A stretch of DNA of 64,000 bases from Negativicutes bacterium (GCA_963665275.2 CAXXIN010000003.1:128001-192000), one strand, 5' to 3'; counted from the first letter of the stretch, positions 20,409 to 30,323 are shown. The notes: generated from the letters alone by a model not told the origin. Numbers and translations are program-made.

Positions 20409-21623
20409 TTACAGAGAACATTTTTCGCCGCTTAACAATGCTGTCAGGCCGATGTGCGTCTCCCTGTGATAGCTACCGCAAACACTGCAAGGCGCGTCCG
20501 GATCGACGTAGTGTCCCGGTTCGGTATAAGTCGTGAATACTCCTTCGTAATTTCGCAAAACCACTTTACCAGCGTTCTGCGAAATCATATACTGCGGCAT
20601 CACGGGGATCTTGCCGCCACCACCCGGCGCATCGACGACAAAAGTGGGGACCGCCATACCTGAGGTATGACCGCGGAGATATTCGATGATCTGAATGCCG
20701 GAACTGATGGGGGTCCGAAAATGTCCAATGCCCCGCGACATATCACATTGATAGATATAGTACGGCTTCACCCTGATTTTGAGGAGCATCTGCATCAAGT
20801 GCTTCATCACCTGCGGGCAGTCATTGATCCCACGCAACAGGACAGACTGGTTCCCCAGAGGAATTCCCACATCAGCCAGTTTCGCACAAGCTTCGATAGC
20901 GGCCGGCGTGATTTCGTTCGGGTGATTGAAATGAGTGTTCACATACACCGGATGATATTTCTTGAGAATACGACAAAGGTTCTCCGTAATACGTTGGGGC
21001 ATCACAACCGGTGTCCTGGTGCCGAAGCGGATAATTTCCACATGGTCGATCCGTCGCAATTCCTGCAAAATGTATTCGATTGTCGCATCATCGATGAGAA
21101 AAGCATCACCGCCGGAAAGGATGACATCACGCACGACCGGCGTCTTACGGATATAAGCGATACAGGCGTCGATCTGTTCTCGCGACCTCGAATGATCGCA
21201 AGCCCCCGACAGTCGCCGTCTGGTGCAGTGTCTGCAATACATTGCACACTGGTCCGTCACCAACATCAGTACCCGGTCCGGATAGCGATGGGTCAGCCCG
21301 GGAACAGGCGAGTCCTTGTCTTCATGCAGTGGGTCGGTCATATCGTATTTACCAAACTGCAACTCATTGATGGTTGGCACAGCCTGCTTACGAATTGGGC
21401 AGTCAGGGTTTTGTGTATCGATTAGACTAGCATAATAAGGCGTAATTGCCATCCGCAGGTTGTGCAGACAATGGCCCATTCCTTCTTCTTCTTCCGGTGT
21501 CAGATCAATAACCTGCTTCAATTGCGTCAGCGAAGTTATCCGATTTTCAACCTGCCACTGCCAGTTCTGCCAATCCTTTTCCTCAATATTTTTCCATATG
21601 GCAATATCATGATAATCGCGCAT
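20409..21623 (-). CDS. kamA: Lysine 2,3-aminomutase
   Basis: Radical SAM CAMYCRHC, LTHRYPDRV, NTHFNHPNE, PLP lysine in DAPGGGGKIP. Confidence 0.95.
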   Translation of the reverse strand: MRDYHDIAIWKNIEEKDWQNWQWQVENRITSLTQLKQVIDLTPEEEEGMGHCLHNLRMAITPYYASLIDTQNPDCPIRKQAVPTINELQFGKYDMTDPLHEDKDSPVPGLTHRYPDRVLMLVTDQCAMYCRHCTRRRLSGACDHSRSREQIDACIAYIRKTPVVRDVILSGGDAFLIDDATIEYILQELRRIDHVEIIRFGTRTPVVMPQRITENLCRILKKYHPVYVNTHFNHPNEITPAAIEACAKLADVGIPLGNQSVLLRGINDCPQVMKHLMQMLLKIRVKPYYIYQCDMSRGIGHFRTPISSGIQIIEYLRGHTSGMAVPTFVVDAPGGGGKIPVMPQYMISQNAGKVVLRNYEGVFTTYTEPGHYVDPDAPCSVCGSYHRETHIGLTALLSGEKCSL

Positions 21624-21700
21624 TGTCCATCTACCTTCTTTACTTTACTGTTTTGCTGCAATAGCCATTCATCCCGCGGATCACAGCTTACAGTCAATCA

Positions 21701-21717
21701 TTGCAATATCCATGCCA
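21701..21717 (-). promoter_or_regulatory. Sigma54 (-24/-12) promoter for kamA-phzF
   Basis: Minus strand TGGCATGGATATTGCAA = GG-N10-GC consensus. Confidence 0.85.
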
Positions 21718-21804
21718 TAGCCGCCGCCGTTTCATCCTGTTGCCAAAATGCCCGCCGTTACTGCGATTACCACATTATCACATTATAAAGCAGTTGCTGA
21801 TTAT

Positions 21805-21853
21805 TGCCCAATATTCGGCAACGGCGCGAAATTTGGGCAGTTAAATTTGGGCA
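21805..21853. promoter_or_regulatory. Putative enhancer (bEBP-binding) boxes upstream of kamA
   Basis: tgcccaatattcggca followed by two aaatttgggca half-sites; the same motif occurs upstream of kdd. Confidence 0.6.
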
Positions 21854-21862
21854 GTCGCCTGT

Positions 21863-22678
21863 TTAAACCCTCAACCCCAAAATGGCTCTGGCTTCATTGG
21901 GACTCGCCACCGGACGGCCCAGTTCCCCCGCGATACGCACGATACGCCTTACAAGCTGTGCATTGCTTGTCGCCAAAACATTTTTTGAATAATAGACATT
22001 ATCCTCGAATCCAACCCGGACATGTCCGCCCAGGATAATCGCCATCACCGCCAACGGCAGTTCGCTGCCGCCGATTCCAGCCACGCTCCAGGTGCAGCCG
22101 GGCGGCAAGGATTCAACCATGTGCAGCAGATGTCTCGGCTCACCGGGAATCCCCCCCGGCACACCCATCACGAAGTCAAAATGCAGCGGCAGTTTCAACA
22201 GGCCTTTCTTTACCAGCGTCAGCGCATTGCGAATCATGCCCACGTCGAATACTTCAATTTCCGGTTTCACACCGTATGTCAGCATCGCTTGCGCGAACTT
22301 TTCAATAACCGGCATCGGATTCGCAAAAATTTCGCTGCCGAAATTCACGGTTCCAGTGCTCAATGTCGCCATTTCGGGACGCAGCTCCACCGGTTGAATC
22401 CGTTCCGCCGCACTCATGCTTGCCGCGCCACCCGTAGAAACCTGAACGATCAAATCGCAGCGCTGCTTGATCGCTTCAATTGCCGGTTGGAAATAACGCT
22501 TTTCCTGCGATGCGTTCCCTGCCTCATCTCGTACATGCAGGTGAAAGATGGAGGCCCCTTCCTCTTTGCATTGGAAAGCCTCTTCGGCGATTTCCGGCGA
22601 CGTCAGCGGCAAGGCAGGATTATCCTGCCGCGTCACTTCCGCGCCCACAGGCGCCACCGTAATCATCAGCTTATCCAT
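21863..22678 (-). CDS. kce: 3-keto-5-aminohexanoate cleavage enzyme
   Basis: [35 protein letters not shown]; lysine fermentation context. Confidence 0.9.
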   Translation of the reverse strand: MDKLMITVAPVGAEVTRQDNPALPLTSPEIAEEAFQCKEEGASIFHLHVRDEAGNASQEKRYFQPAIEAIKQRCDLIVQVSTGGAASMSAAERIQPVELRPEMATLSTGTVNFGSEIFANPMPVIEKFAQAMLTYGVKPEIEVFDVGMIRNALTLVKKGLLKLPLHFDFVMGVPGGIPGEPRHLLHMVESLPPGCTWSVAGIGGSELPLAVMAIILGGHVRVGFEDNVYYSKNVLATSNAQLVRRIVRIAGELGRPVASPNEARAILGLRV

Positions 22679-23066
22679 GATGGGCCCTCTTTTGTTTTTC
22701 CACCGGCACCACACAGGTCCCGCTGGCCCGGCAGACGAGCACCGGCTCCGCCAAAACACTGGCAGCCGAATCTTGTGCAGGGTCCTTGTCAAGCGCCACT
22801 ACCTTGACCGCTTCGAATTCCATGCGGCGCGAACTCTTGCCTGTTTTCACGATTTTGCCGCGGGCCTCGATAAAGTCGCCGGCATAAACTGGCGCTTTGA
22901 ATTCCACGTTATCATAGGCCGCGAACAACCCCTCATCCCCATCATGCCGGATCAGCAGCTCAGTCGCCACATCCCCGAACAAGTCCAGCATTCTCGAACC
23001 GTTCACCAAGCCTCCCGCATAGTGGGCATCATGTTCACTCATGCGAATACGGATCATACATTCCAT
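22671..23066 (-). CDS. kal: 3-aminobutyryl-CoA ammonia-lyase (hotdog fold)
   Basis: [41 protein letters not shown]. Confidence 0.9.
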   Translation of the reverse strand: MECMIRIRMSEHDAHYAGGLVNGSRMLDLFGDVATELLIRHDGDEGLFAAYDNVEFKAPVYAGDFIEARGKIVKTGKSSRRMEFEAVKVVALDKDPAQDSAASVLAEPVLVCRASGTCVVPVEKQKRAHHG

Positions 23067-23093
23067 TGATCTCATCTCCATTTTAATTATTTA

Positions 23094-23843
23094 TTATTGT
23101 GCGCCAGGCGAGCGCTGGATTTCCTGAACGAGGAAAGAGGCCACATGTTCCGCGTAGGTATTGAGGCCGAATCCGGCATCGTATCCCAGCTCTTTCGCCA
23201 GTTCATGGGTGATTCGCGGCCCGCCGACCACCAGAGTCACTTTGTCGCGCAAGCCCTCTGCTTCAAGCATGTCAACCAGCTTGGTCAGGTTGGTGATATG
23301 AATGTTCTTCTGTGTGACCACTTGCGAAATCAGTACGGCATCCGCAGCCAGTTCGTGGATTTTGCGGACGACTTCTTCGCAGGTGATCTGCGCCCCCAAG
23401 TTCACGGCTTCGATCTCGTGATAACTCTCCAGCCCTTTATGTCCATTCAGGCCCTTCATGTTGATGATCGCATCAATGCCCACCGTATGGGCGTCACTCT
23501 CGATACAGGCGCCGATCACCCTGAGTTTGCGGCCTAATGTCTGTGCAATAGCACTGTCAATTTCCGGTTTGGTCAAAACCTTCAATTTCACTTCCGGCAC
23601 CACAATCTTGGTTAGATCGACGGACTTGTGGCAGGCGGCATATACAACAAAGAAACTGAACGCATCACTGATCGCCTCGGCATGCACAACCGCCGGATTT
23701 TCCAGTCCCAGCCCCGCCGCCAGCTGCCGGGCTGCTTCTTTGGCGGATGCCGACATCGCCACAGGCAGGGTAAAGGAAAGTTGCATTACCCCATCACCCA
23801 AAGTATCGCCGTAGGGAACAACTGCCGTTAAATCAACCTTCAT
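23094..23843 (-). CDS. kamE: Lysine 5,6-aminomutase beta subunit
   Basis: PYGDTLGDG, B12 motif DAHTVG, PLP lysine in NMKG, SQVVTQK. Confidence 0.92.
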   Translation of the reverse strand: MKVDLTAVVPYGDTLGDGVMQLSFTLPVAMSASAKEAARQLAAGLGLENPAVVHAEAISDAFSFFVVYAACHKSVDLTKIVVPEVKLKVLTKPEIDSAIAQTLGRKLRVIGACIESDAHTVGIDAIINMKGLNGHKGLESYHEIEAVNLGAQITCEEVVRKIHELAADAVLISQVVTQKNIHITNLTKLVDMLEAEGLRDKVTLVVGGPRITHELAKELGYDAGFGLNTYAEHVASFLVQEIQRSPGAQ

Positions 23844-25399
23844 TCGGACTCACCTCCCTGCAGGATCATGTCAATGAAGGGGTTGAGGTAATCCTGCGCG
23901 CGCACAATCACGCCATCCAGTCCCTTGCCGCCATCCGGCAGGCGTTTAATGTCGGCAAACCAGCCTTTGGCCAGAGCCTCCATCAGGCCGACGTCCGCAA
24001 TCTTTTCCAACAATGCCACGGCTTCGTCCAGCACGGTTCCCGCCCGACGCTGAATGAAGCCGCCCGGACGAAAATCGATTTCGCTGTTCAGGTCGCGCAT
24101 GGTATTGAACACATACTTGGCCGATTCAATGCTGAGGAAACGATCCTGCATCAAGGGGGTGTGCAGCGCCTCCGTCAACATCCCCAGCAGATGAATGCTT
24201 TGTCCGGTCATGGCCGAGCATACGTTGAACAGTGTATCCTGGACATGTCCGCGGAAGATGTTGCCGGTCATAAATTTGGTCGGCGGCATGTACTTGATCG
24301 GGCAATCCGGAAAAATTTCCCGTACCAGCTCTGCATGCGCCAGCTCATATAAGAAACCGTTTTCCAGTTGCGGATCGACTTCGAATGCGTGACCCAGACC
24401 CATCTGATTGGCTTTCATGCCGCAGATCAGCGCGAACTGTTCGTTGATCAAATCGGATGCGATCACCGTATGGGCGCTGTCAACGGCATCAGCCGTGGTG
24501 AGATAATTGTCTTCACCTGTATTGATGATGACGCCGGCATAGCCATTGACCAGGCGGGAAAAGAATTGATCGACAAAAGTCCGCTTCATGTTGATGTCGC
24601 GAAAAATAATCCCATACATGGAATCGTTGAGCATCATGTCCAATCGTTCCCATGCGCCCATCACGGCAATCTCCGGCATGCACAGGCCGGAGCAGTAATT
24701 CGTCAGCTGCACATAACGACCGATTTCGCGGCTCACTTCGTCCAACGCATCGCGCAAAATCCTGAAGTTAGCCTGTGTGGCGTACGTTCCGCCGAAACCG
24801 GTGGTGGTTGGTCCATAAGGAACATAGTCCAGCAGACTCTGTCCCGTGGTGCGGATGACTGCGACGATATCAGCGCCCTGCCGGGCCGCCGCCTGTGCCT
24901 GCACAGCATCTTCATAGACATTACCCGTGGCCACGATCACGTACGACAGCGGCTCGCGCCCTTTGCCCAGTTCTTGGCCCAATTGTTCCCGTTCCTTGCG
25001 CAGGAAACGGATCTTGGACAACGCAGATTCCGCCAAAACCATCGCCAGACCTTGAACATCCTCAGTTTTCCCCTGGGGCAGTTCCGTCAGTTTGACAGCG
25101 CCTCGCGCCACCTCTTCGGCGATTTGCTGCGCAGTCAGATTCATGTTCAGCATACCGCTAACCACCCAGTACATGGCGCCTTTATCCAGAACCCCTTCAC
25201 GCCCGAGTCCATCCACCACTACATTCACCAACGGCACGCCCGCCTCGTCCACCCCGTCAATGCCGAGCAGCCGCAGGACCGCGCGTTCCACGCTGACTGT
25301 AGTATGGGAATCTATATGTCGGCGGACTTGATCCACGATGCTTGCCGCCAGTTTACGACCCTGAGCTATTTTTTCCTGATCCAGGTTAAGCTTTCCCAA
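23840..25399 (-). CDS. kamD: Lysine 5,6-aminomutase alpha subunit
   Basis: HTTVSVER, YVIVATGN, IRTTGQSLLDYVPYG, NYCSGLCMPE, KYMPPTK; TTG start with AGGAGG. Confidence 0.92.
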   Translation of the reverse strand: MGKLNLDQEKIAQGRKLAASIVDQVRRHIDSHTTVSVERAVLRLLGIDGVDEAGVPLVNVVVDGLGREGVLDKGAMYWVVSGMLNMNLTAQQIAEEVARGAVKLTELPQGKTEDVQGLAMVLAESALSKIRFLRKEREQLGQELGKGREPLSYVIVATGNVYEDAVQAQAAARQGADIVAVIRTTGQSLLDYVPYGPTTTGFGGTYATQANFRILRDALDEVSREIGRYVQLTNYCSGLCMPEIAVMGAWERLDMMLNDSMYGIIFRDINMKRTFVDQFFSRLVNGYAGVIINTGEDNYLTTADAVDSAHTVIASDLINEQFALICGMKANQMGLGHAFEVDPQLENGFLYELAHAELVREIFPDCPIKYMPPTKFMTGNIFRGHVQDTLFNVCSAMTGQSIHLLGMLTEALHTPLMQDRFLSIESAKYVFNTMRDLNSEIDFRPGGFIQRRAGTVLDEAVALLEKIADVGLMEALAKGWFADIKRLPDGGKGLDGVIVRAQDYLNPFIDMILQGGESE

Positions 25400-26861
25400 A
25401 ATCCTGTTCCTCCTTTGCAAGGCCTGTGTCAATCAGGCCGTGAATTCGCAGTTTGTATTGAATAGTCTGTCGCGGAATTCCCAGGCAAGTTGCCGCTTTT
25501 GACACATTTCCGCCGCATTGCTCCATCGCCTGCAGCAGGGCCTGTTTTTCCACATTGCGCAGCAGTTCCGGCAAATTCGGGCAAGTTGCCACCGAATAAA
25601 CCGGTTCGCTCACACGCACAGGTTTTGGCGCACGGTAATTGCGCAGGCGTTCAGGCAAATGCTCCAGCTCGATACTATGCCCGGGCGCTACATTCATGGC
25701 ATGTTCGACCGCATGCTGCAGCTCCCGCACATTTCCCGGCCAGGGATATTCCCCGAATATTCGCTGCACATCCTCGCTTACGGTTGTCATATTTCGTCCC
25801 AGACGGGCATTATAATATTTGACAAAGTGCCGCACCAGCTGCGGTACATCGCTTTTGCGTTCCCGCAGGGGCGGAATTTTGAGGGATACCACATTCAGCC
25901 GATAATACAAATCCACCCGCAATTCCTTGTTGCGAACGGCCTCTTCCGGTTCGACATTGGTACAGGCGATGATGCGGGTATCGACCTGCCGCAGGGAACT
26001 CTCCCCCACCCGCCGGAGCGTGCCGTCCTGCAGCACGCGCAGCAGCTTGCTCTGAAGCTCCATCGGCATGGAATTCATTTCATCCAAAAACAACGTACCG
26101 CCGTCAGCCAGTTCGAACAATCCAGGGCGATCCTCCGCGCCGGTGAAGCTGCCTTTGACGGTACCGAATAAGATGCTTTCCAGTAGCGTAGCCGGGAATG
26201 CCGCACAGTTCTGAGCTACGAACGGCTTGTCCTTGCGCGGGGATGCGTTATGAATGGCCTGAACCAACAATTCCTTGCCGACACCGGTTTCCCCCAGCAC
26301 CAACACCGGCGAGGCGGTTCCTGCCACTCGCTGTCCCAACACTTTCAGTTTGACGATCGATTCGTGGCTGCCAACGATGTCGTTGAAGGTATAACGAGCC
26401 TGGCAGCCGGTTTCGTTCTCTTTATTTTTGCCTCGCCCTACACGACGGACGCCCAGCAATTCGGCCTGAAGTTCAGTGACTCGCTCCGCCAGCGACTTGA
26501 TTTTGGTAATATCACGACACATATCGAAGGCGCCGGCCAACACACCGTCATGAAAAAGCGGGTAGGTCGAATACAAAATCGTGGCCGTTTTTCCTGTGCG
26601 GCTGACAATGGTCTGTTGTTGGTTCAGGATCGGCTTCCGGGTTGTCAAAACTTGCAGCAAACTGCTTGTCTCGGGCGTCAGTGAAGGGTAAACCTGCAAA
26701 ACATGTTTCCCCACTACATCCCCAGGATTCAGTCCATCCATTTCGCTTGCCGCATGATTGTAGTAAACGGTGATGCCGTCGCAATCCAAAATATGTACGG
26801 CCTCTTCCATGTTCCCCAGTATCTGGTCGAACCAATCCTTCATGTTTTCCATCTTGGTCAA
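25386..26861 (-). CDS. PAS-domain sigma54-dependent activator (RocR-like bEBP)
   Basis: PAS region, GETGVGKE, ESILFGTVKGSFTGA, FLDE, YPWPGNVREL, Fis-type HTH; TTG start overlaps the upstream stop. Confidence 0.9.
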   Translation of the reverse strand: MTKMENMKDWFDQILGNMEEAVHILDCDGITVYYNHAASEMDGLNPGDVVGKHVLQVYPSLTPETSSLLQVLTTRKPILNQQQTIVSRTGKTATILYSTYPLFHDGVLAGAFDMCRDITKIKSLAERVTELQAELLGVRRVGRGKNKENETGCQARYTFNDIVGSHESIVKLKVLGQRVAGTASPVLVLGETGVGKELLVQAIHNASPRKDKPFVAQNCAAFPATLLESILFGTVKGSFTGAEDRPGLFELADGGTLFLDEMNSMPMELQSKLLRVLQDGTLRRVGESSLRQVDTRIIACTNVEPEEAVRNKELRVDLYYRLNVVSLKIPPLRERKSDVPQLVRHFVKYYNARLGRNMTTVSEDVQRIFGEYPWPGNVRELQHAVEHAMNVAPGHSIELEHLPERLRNYRAPKPVRVSEPVYSVATCPNLPELLRNVEKQALLQAMEQCGGNVSKAATCLGIPRQTIQYKLRIHGLIDTGLAKEEQDFGKA

Positions 26862-27910
26862 GAGCCAGACACCTCCATCCCGTCCCGTTTCTTCTGCACA
26901 TATTTTAGTTTTCTGGCTACATCCAGCACCGGCAGGGGATACAGCGCCCGCCCCATGGATGCAAGCAGTTGATCTGCGTCCAGTCCGACGCCGCCGGGGC
27001 AGGTTGGATTCACCGTCACGCCCAGCAAATTGATCGGCCGTTCGACTGCAAACTGAATTTTCCTTTGCCGCAGCCGTTGCCACAGTTCCGGCGAAAGAAA
27101 GATCTTGCTGCTATCCTGAAGGATCACCGTTGGCCGGCGATCCGTTTGCAATAATGCCTTCCCAAGGTCTTCCCCCACAGCGCCCTTGACCAGCAACACC
27201 TCAGAGTCTTTCAACACCCGCAGCCACTCCATACAATCAAGCAATGCCGTGGAATAGTTCAGCGTCTCCAGCTTGTCGCCTCTGCAGCGGCTAACGTTCC
27301 CCATGCATTGCCGGGCCATTTCGGCATGATCGCCGCTACACCTTGGCAGCGACAGCTGTTCCACCCGACACCGGGTTGAAAATACCAGCGCGGCTAAATC
27401 ACTGGTTAACGAGGCTCCGCTGGCCAAAACGACTTGATCGCTGATCAACGGATCAGCCGAACTTTGCCTGTCAAAGGCCCCATCGATCAACACGCATTGA
27501 GCCCCATAGCCGACCATTTCTTTCATTACCCTGGCAACTTCACTGTTTTTGCTCGGGCCTGCCAACACGATCTGTTCTTCGTTGCGGGCGCGCAAGATAT
27601 GAATCCTGCCGACCGGCGTGGAAATCTCCGTCTTGCGCAGGCAGTCCCATGAAAATGGGCGCTCGATCAACGTTGCCGCAGTTGCAACAAGGGTTCCCGG
27701 CTTGACCCAAACCGCCGGTTTGGGCAGTCGGGTAAGCGCATCGCGCTTTTCGCCGTCCAAGCCAATGGAAAGCAGCCCGATTGCGTATCCATCGGCCTGC
27801 ACCAATGTGCGCAAATAATTCTGCGTCAATGTTTTACCGGCGTTTTTCGCCATCCCCACAACCGTTAGCCGGGAGGGGGGGGCCGGAAACAAGTTGCTCC
27901 ATTTGTCCAT
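26858..27910 (-). CDS. KamB-like putative lysine 5,6-aminomutase reactivase subunit
   Basis: GMAKNAGKT P-loop-like motif, SIGLDGE..D...LPKP, IDGAFDR; position in the kam cluster. Confidence 0.65.
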   Translation of the reverse strand: MDKWSNLFPAPPSRLTVVGMAKNAGKTLTQNYLRTLVQADGYAIGLLSIGLDGEKRDALTRLPKPAVWVKPGTLVATAATLIERPFSWDCLRKTEISTPVGRIHILRARNEEQIVLAGPSKNSEVARVMKEMVGYGAQCVLIDGAFDRQSSADPLISDQVVLASGASLTSDLAALVFSTRCRVEQLSLPRCSGDHAEMARQCMGNVSRCRGDKLETLNYSTALLDCMEWLRVLKDSEVLLVKGAVGEDLGKALLQTDRRPTVILQDSSKIFLSPELWQRLRQRKIQFAVERPINLLGVTVNPTCPGGVGLDADQLLASMGRALYPLPVLDVARKLKYVQKKRDGMEVSGS

Positions 27911-27931
27911 GCTTCACCTTATGCGTACAAT

Positions 27932-28972
27932 TTATGCGTACAATTCGTTAAATACCTGCAGCAGCACCGGACATTCACGCACAGTCTGCAACGCAACCGC
28001 CGCATGATTGCGGCAATAGCCGTTACCAATCAGCATGGTTACATCCTTGCCGATGCCCTCAGCGCCGAGCGCCGCGCCGGTAAAACTAGTCGCCATACTG
28101 AAGAAATAAACCGTGCCGCCTTCTTTGGTGGACATGATCGAGGCCATTTCCGTTCCCGGAATATTGACGCAGTTAATGACCACATCAGCCAGCTGTCCGT
28201 CTGTCACGGCGGCCACCGCCTCCATCACCCGCAGGGGGTCCGTCGCATCCGCCTGAATCACCACATCGGCAAAGCCCATCTGACGCATCCGGTCGCAACT
28301 CGCCTTGCCGGAACCCATACCAATGACTTTGCCGGCGATTCCGGCCCTTTTTTTTGCTTCATACAGGCACAGCATGCCCGATTTTCCGCCGCCGCCGACA
28401 ATCATCACCGTTTGCCCCGGCCGAACCAGATGGGCCGTCTGCGCCGGTGCGCCCGCAACATCCAATATCGCCAGCGCCAAGGATGGCGCCATATCTTGCG
28501 GCAGCACGGCAAAAATCCCGCTGCTGAACAAAATGGCCTGCGCCTCAACCTCCACTTGCTCCCGTTCCACGTGAATCGCCTTGATCTTATTGATTTTCAG
28601 CGGTGTCAACGATAAGGAAACCAAGGTTGCAATGCGGTCTCCGACTTTTACCGGAGTTTTCCCCTGCCAATTCGGCCCGATCTGTGCAACTGTGCCCATC
28701 AACATGCCGCCGGAACCGGTTGCCGGATTGTGATGTTTGCCCCGCTCCGCCACGATATCCGTCATGATCGCAGCCATCGCCTCCAGATCTCCCTGGGCCT
28801 GTTTTTTTATCTGGGTAAAACTTGCCGCATCGATATTGAGCGTATCGACGTCAATCAGCAGTTCATTGTCGTAAATTTCCATCGTGTTATCAATTTTCCA
28901 GGCCGGTTGCGGCAAAACGCCCAGCGGCTCCAAAACCCTATGGGTCCCATATTGACAGGCATTTTTTTTCAT
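27932..28972 (-). CDS. kdd: L-erythro-3,5-diaminohexanoate dehydrogenase
   Basis: YGTHRVLEP.GVLPQPA, LNIDAASF, NPATGSGGML, LVSLSLTPL, LDVAGAPAQ, FFSMATSF. Confidence 0.92.
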   Translation of the reverse strand: MKKNACQYGTHRVLEPLGVLPQPAWKIDNTMEIYDNELLIDVDTLNIDAASFTQIKKQAQGDLEAMAAIMTDIVAERGKHHNPATGSGGMLMGTVAQIGPNWQGKTPVKVGDRIATLVSLSLTPLKINKIKAIHVEREQVEVEAQAILFSSGIFAVLPQDMAPSLALAILDVAGAPAQTAHLVRPGQTVMIVGGGGKSGMLCLYEAKKRAGIAGKVIGMGSGKASCDRMRQMGFADVVIQADATDPLRVMEAVAAVTDGQLADVVINCVNIPGTEMASIMSTKEGGTVYFFSMATSFTGAALGAEGIGKDVTMLIGNGYCRNHAAVALQTVRECPVLLQVFNELYA

Positions 28973-29080
28973 TATTGTCCCTCCCGTTTCAATTGGCTGC
29001 TTCGTTTTTTCCGCATACGTCAGCTTATTTGCGTCCATCTCCCCCAATCATCCCTCGGCGGCGCCCCTTTCCTGCATATA

Positions 29081-29096
29081 TGCAACTTTCGTTCCA
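29081..29096 (-). promoter_or_regulatory. Sigma54 promoter for the kdd operon
   Basis: Minus strand TGGAACGAAAGTTGCA = GG-N10-GC. Confidence 0.75.
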
Positions 29097-29183
29097 CTGT
29101 TGCAAAAAAGACTGCGCCACCGCTAATGATGGGCGGTGCGAAGCATTCAACACTTCACATAAACAATTGGGAGATCGGTCGTG

Positions 29184-29222
29184 TGCCGAAAATTCAGCGG
29201 TCAATATGCCAACATTTGGGCA
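29184..29222. promoter_or_regulatory. Putative enhancer boxes upstream of kdd
   Basis: tgccgaaaattcagcg and tgccaacatttgggca, resembling the kamA upstream boxes. Confidence 0.6.
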
Positions 29223-29241
29223 GAATAGACTATTTATCGCA

Positions 29242-29271
29242 ATTATATCAATGTTAGATTAATTTCGTCAA
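29242..29271 (-). promoter_or_regulatory. Possible SigA promoter reading toward kdd
   Basis: Minus strand TTGACG-N18-TATAAT. Confidence 0.45.
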
Positions 29272-29367
29272 TTTATTTTATGTTGTTATCACAACATAAT
29301 TGTTGAGCCTTGATTTTAAATGTTATAATGCCTTCATAAGCGCATTGTGCAAGGCGGAGGGGAAAAA

Positions 29368-30255
29368 ATGGCATCCACACTCGACAAAATCAAAAACAAA
29401 AACGATTTTATCCTCCACATCCAGTCCCACCAGGAAGGTTACACCGCCGTTTACCGAAAATTAGCCACTTTTCTCGTCAACAACTTCGTCGGTGTAGCCT
29501 TCATGAGAGCCCAGCAATGGGCCGCCGAGGTGGATACCTCCGAAGTCTCCGTTATCCGTTTTGTGCGTTTTCTCGGCTACAAAGGATACCCGGACTTTTG
29601 CGAAAAACTGCAACAAGTCATCCGCCATGAAATGACCATGACGGATTACGTTGAACTGGCAACCAAAAAGCCCCGCAAGGGGACCACCATCCTGATGGAT
29701 ACCATCAAGGCGGAGGAACGCAATTTCAACGAACTCATCAGCAAGTATTCCCCTGCCACCATGAACAGCGTTGTCAATTTACTGGGCAAGACCGAAAAAG
29801 TCGCCGTCGTAGGTCTGCGTTCATCCACCGCGCTCGCCGATTACTGCAGCTACATGTTTGGTCGCGCCTTATCCAAGGAAGTCATTACCGTCGGGCAAGG
29901 CGGAGTATACACCTTTGACGCTTTCCTGCCCTGGGCGGACAAGGAAGCCGTCGTCATCGCTTTTGCCTATCCCCGCTATCCGCTGCGCACACTGGAAATT
30001 GTCGAATATCTAAAAGCTCTCCACTGGCCGATCGTGGCCATTACCAACAACGAACTTTCCCCGCTCGTTCCCCTGGCCGACCACATCATTTACGCTCCTT
30101 CCCATTCGGTCGATTTCACCGATTCCATGGGCGCCGCTTCAGTCATTATCAACACCATCGTGATGGAATACGTCAATAAATTCCGCGACCAGTCCATCGA
30201 CCGTATCAAGCGATTCGAGGCTCTGGCCAAAGAAAAGAAATACTACTGGGTATAG
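29368..30255 (+). CDS. MurR/RpiR-family transcriptional regulator
   Basis: HTH TSEVSVIRFVRFLGYKGYPDF; SIS domain VVGLRSS, FAYPRYP, AITNNELSPL. Confidence 0.9.
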   Translation: MASTLDKIKNKNDFILHIQSHQEGYTAVYRKLATFLVNNFVGVAFMRAQQWAAEVDTSEVSVIRFVRFLGYKGYPDFCEKLQQVIRHEMTMTDYVELATKKPRKGTTILMDTIKAEERNFNELISKYSPATMNSVVNLLGKTEKVAVVGLRSSTALADYCSYMFGRALSKEVITVGQGGVYTFDAFLPWADKEAVVIAFAYPRYPLRTLEIVEYLKALHWPIVAITNNELSPLVPLADHIIYAPSHSVDFTDSMGAASVIINTIVMEYVNKFRDQSIDRIKRFEALAKEKKYYWV

Positions 30256-30301
30256 AAAAACACTCGCGCAGGAATCTGATTCCGGCGCGAGTGTTTTTTT
30301 T
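30256..30301. terminator. Bidirectional terminator between rpiR and lysA
   Basis: aaaaacactcgcgc...gcgcgagtgttttt. Confidence 0.8.
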
Positions 30302-30323
30302 GCGAGAAATTCATAAGTAGGTG

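Noticed and set aside
24368-25465. Long antisense ORFs (e.g. 24368..25465, 20667..21425, 22022..22807, 47423..48199)
   Set aside because: They shadow well-supported minus-strand genes and have no recognisable motifs.
26862-27083. N-terminal extensions in the ORF track (bEBP, kce, lysA, oxidoreductase beta, kdd)
   Set aside because: Better RBS-associated starts exist downstream, and most extensions overlap upstream genes or the riboswitch.
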